A stretch of DNA of 59,682 bases from Cyanobacteria bacterium P01_D01_bin.156 (GTDB lineage: Bacteria > Cyanobacteriota > Cyanobacteriia > Phormidesmidales > Phormidesmidaceae), in contig JBCCQQ010000038.1 of NCBI GenBank assembly GCA_039024555.1, positions 1 through 59,682 of the forward strand, given 5' to 3'. The notes under the pieces were generated by a model that was not told the DNA's origin, ran no database searches, and worked only from the letters and a program-made list of their open reading frames with translations. Shown piece after piece: positions 51,040 to 59,682 of the stretch. Positions within the stretch are counted from its first letter, which is position 1. Each line of letters opens with the position of its first letter. The position numbers and the translations under genes are program-made.

Positions 51040-53613
51040 CTACTTGGTAGTCATGACATAGACACCATCCCAGTCGGCCGGTGGCGGATTTTTCATATAG
51101 CCCTGGATACGGTCTAAATGAATGGCCACCGCCCGATCGTCAGGCGCCATGGATTGGGCCTTGGTAAAGATTTTCAACGCCCGCTCAAAAGCTTGAGAGG
51201 TGTAGGCTTGACGCCCCAAGCGATAAAGAGCCAAAAACTCTTGTTGCTGATCTGATAGTGGCTCACTCCGTCTGCCGATCAATTCATAAATTTTGACTGG
51301 CTGCATTTTGCCTTTGACACGAGTGAGATCCAGCTCCCTAGCCCAAATCAACTCTCGACACGGTTGATAGGTGTACTCACTCAACACGATGTCACAACCA
51401 TACTGTTTGGTGACCCCTTCCAGACGAGAACTCAGATTTACACCATCACCAATCACCGTATATTCCATCTTCCGATGGGAACCGATGTTACCGGACACCA
51501 CCTCACCGGAACTGAGACCAATCCCAATGTTAATCTCCGGCTGATTCTTTTCTTGCCGTAGCTCGTTAAATCTAACCAGCCGTTGACGCATATCTAAGGC
51601 CGCCTGAATCGCTGACCAACTGTGATTTTCCACTGGCAATGGCGCACCAAATACGGCCATTAGGGCATCACCAATAAACTTATCCAGGGTCCCTTCATGG
51701 TTAAAAACTGCTTCCACCATGGTTTCAAAATACTCATTGAGCATAGAAACCACCTGGGACGCTTCCAGCCTCTCCGTCAGAGTGGTGTAGCCACGAATAT
51801 CCGAAAATAAAACAGTCACTTCCCGACGCTTGCCCACCATTAGGGCATCTTCTCCCAGCGCCATCACCTGTTCTGCCACACTAGGCGTCATATAGCGATA
51901 CAGGGTGGTTTTCATTCGCTTTTCTTGACTGATATCTTCCAGAACGACTAGACCACCCCTCACTCCGCCCTTTGGATCGGTGAGAGGGGTCACCGTTAAA
52001 TTGATGCTGTGCTCCAACTGATGAACATCTAAGTCTGGAGACACTTCATGGTTGGCCAGCCCCCAGAGGTTGTACTCGGTATCCCGCCCCATCAGTTCAT
52101 CCACAAAACCCGAGCCACTGCGAGGAGGCTGGGTGGGTATTAGTAGCGATAGACTGCCATTAACATTAGCCATGGCAACATGCAGGCTTTGCTCAGGAAC
52201 ATAGTGCTGTGCCGCTGTTTGTAAACTATCCCCTAAACGTTGGTCCAGCTGTTCAATGGGAATGACCTCCCACACTAAACGCCCCAACAAAGAATCTTCC
52301 CACTCGCGTTTTACTTGTTCTGCCGGTTGACCACTGACCGTCACGCCCTCCATGGGGCAACCCAATAGTTCAAGGGCGGCTTCATTGATGGTGACAATCC
52401 GTCCCCCCATATCAGTCGAAATAACCGCGTCCGAAAGGCTCTGTAGAATATCCTTCTGGTACTGCTTTTCCAGCAATACATTTTCATAGAGCTGGGCATT
52501 TTCTAAGGCAATTCCTGCCTGGATATTAAATGCCCGCATAAACGATTCATCAGAGCGGGTAAATGCTCCCTGGGCCTTATTAATTAGTTGTGTTACCCCA
52601 ATGCGCTGCCCCGAAGAATTGAAGACAGGCATACATAAAATACTGTGGGTAACATAGCCTGTGCGATCGTCAGCTGAGCGATCAAAGCGATGATCCTTAT
52701 AGGCATCAGTAATGTTCAGGGTTTTACCCGTAAAGGCCACATAGCCTACGATGCTGTCCTCATCGATGGCCTGTTGTAGCCTCAGCATTTTAGAACCATC
52801 GGCACTCCTGACCCTGGACCATAGTTCATTACCGTCAATAATCCAGAGAGTGCTGCGGTCCGCTTGCATCAGCTTACGAGCCTCTGCCATAACTGACTGC
52901 AGGGTGACTTCTAGTTCCAAACTTTGCTCTAGGGAGGAAATGGCACTGAGCAAAGCGTTCAATCCCTTCTGGGTGCGGGCAGCCGTATAAAAAGTGTTGC
53001 AACTTTCTAACAGCACACCAATGGAACGGGCAAAGGATTCAAATTCCTTTTCATCTTCATGAGTAAACCGATCCCCTCCAATTTTGTTTAGCAACTGGAC
53101 CACGGCAACCGCATTTTCGCCATTACTAAAAATCGGCATACACAGAATGTTTTCTGTGTGATAACCCGTCTCTTTATCCGTTGCTCGGTTAAATCTAGGA
53201 TCGTCGTAGGCATTAGGAATATTAAGAGTCTTGCAGGTTTCTGCCACATATCCAGCAATCCCTTTGCCAATGGGAATGCGAATTTCTACGGCTTTTTCTT
53301 CACCCCCCTGGGCAATTTTGGACCACAGCTCTTTATTCTCCTCATCCACAATGAAGATAGTGGTGCGGTCTGCCTCGAGAATTTGACCAATTTTTAGCGT
53401 AAATGCTTCTAGAAGTTCTTCTAAAAGGGTTTCTAGGGACTGATTGTTAATCAGATTAATGGCTTTAAGAAAATACTCAAACTCTTGAATGATTAGTTCT
53501 AGAAGCTCGATAAATCTAGGCTTAGTTAAGTGGCGAACCTGAGCCTTGAGACGCCCGGGCGTGGTGCCCTGGGATAGACGGGCCAACGTGCTTTCTGCAG
53601 ACGACTGAACCAT
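51040..53613 (-). CDS. cyaB: GAF-GAF-PAS class III adenylate cyclase (CyaB1-like)
   Basis: Two GAF domains with NK..F..DE motifs, a PAS domain, FSDIRG, DKFIGDALM and YTVIGDGVNLSSRLE motifs, TPR-like tail. Confidence 0.88.
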   Translation of the reverse strand: MVQSSAESTLARLSQGTTPGRLKAQVRHLTKPRFIELLELIIQEFEYFLKAINLINNQSLETLLEELLEAFTLKIGQILEADRTTIFIVDEENKELWSKIAQGGEEKAVEIRIPIGKGIAGYVAETCKTLNIPNAYDDPRFNRATDKETGYHTENILCMPIFSNGENAVAVVQLLNKIGGDRFTHEDEKEFESFARSIGVLLESCNTFYTAARTQKGLNALLSAISSLEQSLELEVTLQSVMAEARKLMQADRSTLWIIDGNELWSRVRSADGSKMLRLQQAIDEDSIVGYVAFTGKTLNITDAYKDHRFDRSADDRTGYVTHSILCMPVFNSSGQRIGVTQLINKAQGAFTRSDESFMRAFNIQAGIALENAQLYENVLLEKQYQKDILQSLSDAVISTDMGGRIVTINEAALELLGCPMEGVTVSGQPAEQVKREWEDSLLGRLVWEVIPIEQLDQRLGDSLQTAAQHYVPEQSLHVAMANVNGSLSLLIPTQPPRSGSGFVDELMGRDTEYNLWGLANHEVSPDLDVHQLEHSINLTVTPLTDPKGGVRGGLVVLEDISQEKRMKTTLYRYMTPSVAEQVMALGEDALMVGKRREVTVLFSDIRGYTTLTERLEASQVVSMLNEYFETMVEAVFNHEGTLDKFIGDALMAVFGAPLPVENHSWSAIQAALDMRQRLVRFNELRQEKNQPEINIGIGLSSGEVVSGNIGSHRKMEYTVIGDGVNLSSRLEGVTKQYGCDIVLSEYTYQPCRELIWARELDLTRVKGKMQPVKIYELIGRRSEPLSDQQQEFLALYRLGRQAYTSQAFERALKIFTKAQSMAPDDRAVAIHLDRIQGYMKNPPPADWDGVYVMTTK

Positions 53614-54002
53614 AGTGATTTATACGAGTTCGCAAAAATATAACCAATGGAATATTGCTGACTTTGGGGATAACTGTGGCTATCGGCAAAGCGCCTGACA
53701 CAACCACTCAACATTAGCAACGATTTAGGGAACCGCTGATACCTCATGGTGCAGCATGATTAGAAGCCCTGTAATAGGTTTCCCGAACATTGGCACAAGA
53801 CTGCGCCATCATAGCGGCCATCATCCTTCCCTATAGTTTAATCAGTTTGGTCAAATAATTTGACCAGATAATTTTCGAGACTGGGCAAACTGTGAAGTTC
53901 GTTTGCCCGCTGGCCCAACCCATAGCGGCTAAGAACCATAGGGGCTAGGAAAAAACTGGGTTTTAAGAGGGTACTAACGCAGCTACATTTTCTTAACTAA
54001 CC

Positions 54003-55538
54003 TTAATCGCCCCCGCTCTGTTCCGGCTTAAGCAAGGGAAAGGCAATGACATCGCGAATACTCGGAGAGTCGGTCAGCAGCATCACCAAACGATCGATCC
54101 CCATACCCATGCCCCCGGTAGGCGGCATGCCGTATTCCAGCGCTGTCACAAAATCCTCATCAAGGCTGTGGGCTTCCAGATCTCCCGCGGCCTTTTTCTC
54201 GGCTTGGGCCTCTAACCGCTGGCGCTGATCGATGGGATCCGTTAGCTCTGAAAAACTATTGGCGGTTTCGCGACCTACGATAAATAGTTCAAACCTTTCC
54301 ACCAACCCTGGCTTTTTTCGATGGGGTTTGGCGAGTGGAGAAATTTCCACCGGATAGTCAGTAATAAATGTGGGCTGTATGAGAGTGGGCTCTACCGTCT
54401 GCTCAAAGGCCTCATTGAGTACATGACCAACGCTGGGACAGTCGTCAACACCATGTAGGCCAGCTTCCTTAGCAGCGGCTTTAGCAGCATCCACATCCGT
54501 AAATTCAGCAAAATCAATACCTGTTTTTTCCTGGACTGCAGCGTGCATGGTGACGCGCTTCCAAGGAGTGCTGAGATCGATGGATTCGCCCTGGTAAGTG
54601 ATTTTAGTCGTTCCTAAAACCTCTTGAGAAGCATTGACAATCAACGCTTCCGTAATATCCATCATGTCATGGTAATCGGCATAGGCTTGGTATAGCTCAA
54701 TGGAGGTAAACTCCGGATTATGCCGCGTGGAAATACCCTCATTCCGGAAAATCCGTCCCATTTCAAACACTCGTTCAAAGCCGCCCACAATTAAGCGCTT
54801 TAAGTGCAGCTCTGTGGCAATGCGTAGATAGAGCTGCATATCCAAGGTGTTGTGGTATGTCACAAATGGTCGCGCATCGGCACCACCGGGTTCAGACTGT
54901 AGAACTGGTGTTTCAATTTCGATAAAGTCTTGCTGCTCTAGATAGTGGCGAATGGATGCGGTAATTTGAGCCCGTTTGCGAAAGGTGTCCCTAACTTCAG
55001 GATTAACAATTAAATCGACATAACGCTGACGATAGCGCTTGGCTACGTCAGTGAGGCCATGCCACTTATCGGGTAGGGGCTGCAGGGCCTTGGTGAGAAT
55101 GGCATAGGTACTGACTTTAATGGATAGCTCACCCTTATCGGTGCGTTTGACAATTCCCTTTACGCCCATAAAATCGCCCACGTCAGTCAGCTGTTTGAGA
55201 TGGGTAAAGGCTTGCTCATCAGTTTCAGCCATGGCAGCCTGAATCGTCTTTTTATCTAGAAATAGCTGAATTGAGCCAGTTTCGTCTTGAAGTGTGAAAA
55301 AGGCCAGCTTGCCAAAAACTCGCCGAACCATGATGCGACCGGCAATACTGACTTCAAAATCGACGTCTTCTCCGTTGGGTAAATCCACAAATTTTTCCTG
55401 GAGAAAGGCGGCCTGGTGACTAATGTCCCACGTGTAGGCATATGGATTCAGACCTAGCTGTTTTAGCTCGTTAACTTTCTGTAGACGAGCGGCACGAATT
55501 TCACGGGGATTTTGAGCATCAGGCTGGGAGCTGGCCAT
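54003..55538 (-). CDS. lysS: Lysyl-tRNA synthetase (class II)
   Basis: [27 protein letters not shown] and GMGIDRL motifs. Likely start is the ATG at 55538. Confidence 0.97.
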   Translation of the reverse strand: MASSQPDAQNPREIRAARLQKVNELKQLGLNPYAYTWDISHQAAFLQEKFVDLPNGEDVDFEVSIAGRIMVRRVFGKLAFFTLQDETGSIQLFLDKKTIQAAMAETDEQAFTHLKQLTDVGDFMGVKGIVKRTDKGELSIKVSTYAILTKALQPLPDKWHGLTDVAKRYRQRYVDLIVNPEVRDTFRKRAQITASIRHYLEQQDFIEIETPVLQSEPGGADARPFVTYHNTLDMQLYLRIATELHLKRLIVGGFERVFEMGRIFRNEGISTRHNPEFTSIELYQAYADYHDMMDITEALIVNASQEVLGTTKITYQGESIDLSTPWKRVTMHAAVQEKTGIDFAEFTDVDAAKAAAKEAGLHGVDDCPSVGHVLNEAFEQTVEPTLIQPTFITDYPVEISPLAKPHRKKPGLVERFELFIVGRETANSFSELTDPIDQRQRLEAQAEKKAAGDLEAHSLDEDFVTALEYGMPPTGGMGMGIDRLVMLLTDSPSIRDVIAFPLLKPEQSGGD

Positions 55539-55577
55539 GTGTTCAAGGTCAGTAAGTTTGCAGGTGTTAATTGTATG

Positions 55578-55604
55578 GGGGCAATGGGCAATGAGCAATG
55601 GGCA
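55578..55604. repeat. STRR-like heptamer repeat (GGGCAAT)n
   Basis: GGGCAAT GGGCAAT GAGCAAT GGGCAC directly after the PatA-like gene stop. Confidence 0.7.
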
Positions 55605-56759
55605 CTATAAGTCCTCGCCAGCAACATGCTTCTGTAATAGTTGAGCTACTTTATCTGGAGCTGGGGGTTTAGGAAGGAAATCATCGGCTCCGGCCATTTT
55701 GGCCCGCATCCGATCGATCATGCCATCCCGTCCGGTGAGGATGATGATGGGAGTTTTATAAAATTCCTGGGTATTGCGCAAAAATTTGCACAGCTCATAG
55801 CCACTGATATTAGGCATCATTAGATCAAGAAAAATGAGATCGGGTCGATGTTGGGTCAGGGTGGAAATTTGTTCTACGGGTCGGGTGATGGAAAGGACTT
55901 CATAGTTGAGAGGCTGAAGCAGTTCGGCCATCACTCGACTAACTAGGGGGCTGTCATCGATACAGGCAACTAAACCTTTAGTTTTTTTGAGGGGATGGGT
56001 GATGTGTCGATAGGTGTAGGGGGATGGAATGTCATCAATGGGAAGGAGTTCTACCCAACCTTGATAGATAAATGGGACCAGTAGTTTAATCACGTCGGAC
56101 AGCGAGCGCTGGGTTTGGGCGGCAATGTCCCATAGGGTAAGGTTGCCTTGCATCCAGCGGCTGACACGCCTATAGCTGTCTGATGAGAGATGGATTTGCA
56201 AACCCCGAGCATTCACAATGATGGGTGAGAGATAGGGCAGTTCGTGGGGAAGCAGCGTGGGCAGATGATCGCCAGCAGCAGACTTCCAACTGTTGTAGGT
56301 GCGGTGCGATCGCACCAGTGCTTGCTTCACCGACACAAACAACGTTTGTTGACCGACTACCCGATTTGGATGCCAGCGCATATCCTTCACCGGATAATCC
56401 ATTAGACTGAGCACTACCTCATCTACAATGCTTCGGAATACCGCTTTGGCCTGGTCAACAGAGATTAATTGTCGCTGAACGGCCTGATGAATAAAGTCTA
56501 CCTCCCAGTAATCACCAGGGGTGTGCATGGCCGTAAACCATTGCTTAGAAAACTGCTTACTATGGCGGCGCAGCGAACGATACCATCGCCGTACCGGGTG
56601 CTTGCCCCCTGTTGCATAAATCAAGCGACCCGAATAAAAATAAAGCTTCCAGGACTCGTCTATGGCAGACTCGACAACGAGTTCACCGGTCTGATGCTGT
56701 TGGGCGAGGGTCAACAAATACTGCGCTAGGGATTTAGCCTGGGTCAACATATCATTCAA
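55605..56759 (-). CDS. PatA-family response regulator (PATAN/DUF4388 + REC)
   Basis: WKLYFYSGRLIYATGGKHPVRRW N-terminal domain and a C-terminal REC domain (CIDDSP, FLDLMMP, KP). Confidence 0.88.
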   Translation of the reverse strand: MNDMLTQAKSLAQYLLTLAQQHQTGELVVESAIDESWKLYFYSGRLIYATGGKHPVRRWYRSLRRHSKQFSKQWFTAMHTPGDYWEVDFIHQAVQRQLISVDQAKAVFRSIVDEVVLSLMDYPVKDMRWHPNRVVGQQTLFVSVKQALVRSHRTYNSWKSAAGDHLPTLLPHELPYLSPIIVNARGLQIHLSSDSYRRVSRWMQGNLTLWDIAAQTQRSLSDVIKLLVPFIYQGWVELLPIDDIPSPYTYRHITHPLKKTKGLVACIDDSPLVSRVMAELLQPLNYEVLSITRPVEQISTLTQHRPDLIFLDLMMPNISGYELCKFLRNTQEFYKTPIIILTGRDGMIDRMRAKMAGADDFLPKPPAPDKVAQLLQKHVAGEDL

Positions 56760-57101
56760 TAACTGAGGCTTTGAGCTATGGGCCAGAGCCTTTACTACCG
56801 GAGTTTTAATATTTGATTGTGGTGTTGCCGATCCTTGAGAGGATTTTTAATTTCTATATTTGTCTACCCTTTATGGGTGGACCGATAGTTTCATCCCCTA
56901 AATCAGCCACATGATTTAATTCACTAATGTTGTAGCTTCTGGTTGCTCTAACCTAATGCACGGCACAATGCAGCCCTTTGTTGCTTATGGCGTTAGTTTT
57001 CCCAACAGTGGCTTGAACACCGCAATTCTCAAAATCAATGAGTTCCACTGATGCCATTCGTCAGTGTTTGTTAGACAAGATGTGCCAGCGTGACGTCGGC
57101 T

Positions 57102-57989
57102 CTAGGCAGATCGGGCAAGTTCTGTGGGTTCCGGTGTGATGGATGGACTGCTAATAGATACGCCCACATCGCTGGTGTATCCATGCTGCAACTCCCAAAC
57201 TTTAAGGGTGATCAAATATTCATAGAAGGCCTGGAGCATACACCAGGTAAATCCAGCATGGCCGTCTAAGATACCCCCCAAGAAAAAGTACATATAGATG
57301 AAGCGCACCACGGGCCGAAACGGCAACCGTAGGGAAAGGTCTTTAAGGGCACGACGACGCTCCACTTCGGAACCACCAAACAACAGGGCACGCCAATCTA
57401 CATCCCTGTCTGAGAGCTGTTTAATGGTTTCGGCAGCTTCGTCAGTGGAGTAGCGGTTGTGTTTCTCAATCCAACGGTCAAAGCCTTTACCACAAGTGTA
57501 ATGGGGATAGGTAGCCTGTAGAAATCCGGTGGAGCCATTACAGACTTCTCGTTCGGTGTGACCGTAGTCATCAAACCAAACATTCTCTTTATTCAACAGT
57601 CGTAGCTGATAGCGGGGATACTGAGTGCTGTGACGAATCCAACGATTCATAAACATTACCCGCTCAGCAGCGTAGTATCCCACATGCTCCTGCGATTGGG
57701 CCGCCGCCACACATTCGCTGAAAAGCTCGGGGGTCATACGCTCATCCGCCTCCAGGATGTATGCCCAAGAGTGTTTTGTAGGTACGTTACGCAACATCCA
57801 CGTACGCTGCTTTCCATGGCTTTCAAAGCCATGTTGAATGGTGCGGACAGGGTAGTTTTTGGCAATCTCTAGGGTGCGATCGCTACTAAACGAATCCACC
57901 ACAATCACATCGTCTGAAACCAATGCTGATTCAATGCAGGCTGCAATGTCTCTTTCCTCGTTGTGGGTCAAAATAAAAATCGAAATCAT
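57102..57989 (-). CDS. Glycosyltransferase family 2
   Basis: ILTHNEE, VVDSFSSDRT, EADE and WIEKHNRYS motifs. Confidence 0.9.
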   Translation of the reverse strand: MISIFILTHNEERDIAACIESALVSDDVIVVDSFSSDRTLEIAKNYPVRTIQHGFESHGKQRTWMLRNVPTKHSWAYILEADERMTPELFSECVAAAQSQEHVGYYAAERVMFMNRWIRHSTQYPRYQLRLLNKENVWFDDYGHTEREVCNGSTGFLQATYPHYTCGKGFDRWIEKHNRYSTDEAAETIKQLSDRDVDWRALLFGGSEVERRRALKDLSLRLPFRPVVRFIYMYFFLGGILDGHAGFTWCMLQAFYEYLITLKVWELQHGYTSDVGVSISSPSITPEPTELARSA

Positions 57990-58407
57990 TGCAACAGTCC
58001 AACAGCTTTTAGTGACTTAACTAGGAAACACTCAACCAGCCAAAATAAGTATCCGCACATATCAAGGTACTTATGCGTAAAAGCAGCAACATCGCCGGAA
58101 AACATTCAGGAAGATTTGTTGACCTACGGACCCCGACAGGTTCTATCTGAGTATCAGATTGCCCGTTATCTTTACTAATGCAGCAAAAAAGACCGGCTCA
58201 CCACAAATATTTGATATTTTTTGACCAAACAGCAAACCCCTGAAATCCATTCAGTCACACTGCTGAGAAGCGGCACAATCTAGACAGAATGATGCTTTTA
58301 GCATCACTGCCAGACAGGTTTTCTCTAAATAAAGACTAATGCTTAGAAAAAGCGATTTACCAAAAACTCACAATTTCTCTATCAAAAAGTAGATGTACAG
58401 ACTATGG

Positions 58408-58740
58408 CTACTTATAGGCATTTAGACGTTGCTGGGCAGCTACTGTCGGATTAGCCGTCTCAAAGTCAGAACAATCAATAGCGCCCTCTGACATGGCTGA
58501 GGTGGGATGCAGCGGGCACTTAAGAACGGCCTCATTGGTAAAAAAGCTACAATCGGCACAGGGGATCTGATGCATGAGCTGAGCGTGTTGCACACCATCA
58601 CGGGTAGCAGCAATCACTTGCCAAAGACCCAGAAGAACTAGGGACCATGCCAGAACAAAACAAATAGGGGTTAGATACGGCTGCAGCCACTGCATCACAT
58701 GCAGCAATATAATTTGAATTAGTTGTAGTAGTTGATACAT
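58408..58740 (-). CDS. Cyanobacterial membrane-anchored Cys/His-motif protein
   Basis: A TM segment followed by IPCADC...LKCPLHP...CSDF, a probable metal-binding motif. Confidence 0.75.
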   Translation of the reverse strand: MYQLLQLIQIILLHVMQWLQPYLTPICFVLAWSLVLLGLWQVIAATRDGVQHAQLMHQIPCADCSFFTNEAVLKCPLHPTSAMSEGAIDCSDFETANPTVAAQQRLNAYK

Positions 58741-58864
58741 CTGCAGCCCTTAAATGCTCAGTAGCCCTAGCTTAGCGACTAATATAATTTGCGCCTCAGA
58801 GGAAAATATAGCTTTGCATACGGCGATTTCCGGACCAAAAGGCTAGTCAATTAAAGCTCTTTTA

Positions 58865-59449
58865 CTAGGACTGTTTGTTAATTGTTCGCGATAGCCACAG
58901 GGACCCCACAATCCCAGCAAAGTGAGAAATCAACGTATTAATGGTGGCCTGCACCAAAAAGACATCCAGCGGTTCTACCGCTAGGGTGGGGTTGGCCAGA
59001 GCAATATTGCTCTGGGGCTGGGCAATCACCTTCAGCATTAGGGCACCTACGACACCGCCCGATCCCAGCAGACCAAAAAACATGCCCAAAACGCTAATGG
59101 TTAACCCCGTAGCAATCATCTTGGCTGCGTTTTTAGGCTTAGGACGCAGGTCTGGATTACTAGACTTTAGTTTGCGTGCAAACCGAGTATATTGAAACGC
59201 CCAAAATACCCCTACATAGACAGCGGCTAGTCCGACGGCGGCCAACAGGAAGCCACTGCCCGCTGCTGCATTTTCTGCCCCCCCCCGATTCGTTACCGAC
59301 TGTAGTCCCAACAAAGAGGTGACAAATAGCAACGTCGCAATGACACCGCTGACTATCTGTACCCAGAAGCTGACCCAGCCCACTAGGCGAAAATTATTAG
59401 CAATGCGACGGACGGCTGGGGGTAGGGAATAACCAAGTTCACCGGTCAT
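58865..59449 (-). CDS. DUF3611 (Tic21/PIC1-like) membrane protein
   Basis: GWVSFWVQ and LDVFLVQATINTLISHF motifs, 4 TMs. Confidence 0.82.
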   Translation of the reverse strand: MTGELGYSLPPAVRRIANNFRLVGWVSFWVQIVSGVIATLLFVTSLLGLQSVTNRGGAENAAAGSGFLLAAVGLAAVYVGVFWAFQYTRFARKLKSSNPDLRPKPKNAAKMIATGLTISVLGMFFGLLGSGGVVGALMLKVIAQPQSNIALANPTLAVEPLDVFLVQATINTLISHFAGIVGSLWLSRTINKQS

Positions 59450-59682
59450 AAGTGGCTCAGACGCGTTTTTATCATCACAATAGTATGTGACCAGCGGCTA
59501 TCTTGGCACCTTTACCTGGATTGAGGAATCTTAATCAAAACAGAACCTAGGGGTTCGCTAAAAAATAAGATACCCATCAGGTTGGAACAATTTTGATATC
59601 CCATTTGGGTAATGTCTCAGATCGTTGCCACTGTTGTTGGTACGGTTCTAACTCGTCAGGCGGTACCTTAATGCCCTTCTCA

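Overview
Chromosomal window from a filamentous cyanobacterium, probably Leptolyngbya/Leptothoe-like (inferred from frequent HIP1 GCGATCGC octamers, GUN4, a SepJ-like protein, a PatA-type regulator and a CyaB-type cyclase). Most of it is housekeeping: hup, hisZ, suhB, ferredoxins, tRNA-Ser(GGA), leuA, monomeric icd, rsmE, a PpiC/HlyB/HlyD type I secretion operon, clpB, gloA, eno, bamA-lpxC-fabZ-lpxA-lpxB-exbB-exbD, purC and lysS. The most interesting element is an AT-rich two-gene insert between eno and exbD (41285-42486). The C-terminus of a DUF6232-like membrane protein and the N-terminus of the adjacent small helical protein share an 18-residue Q/N/G/V-rich motif (core GDQVLGNK) that is conserved in protein but recoded in DNA, which suggests an amyloid-type (RHIM/BASS-like) homotypic signalling pair without an NLR. 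Other observations: an ISAzo13-like element truncating a GH63-like glucosidase at the left edge, two copies of a ~100-bp TTA-flanked MITE (one at a duplicated pstS stop codon), a probable Yfr1 sRNA target site on the bamA leader, a pseudokinase coupled to a soluble MCP-like protein, a candidate sRNA downstream of hup, and a candidate ArsR operator. All family assignments come from motif recognition, not database searches.
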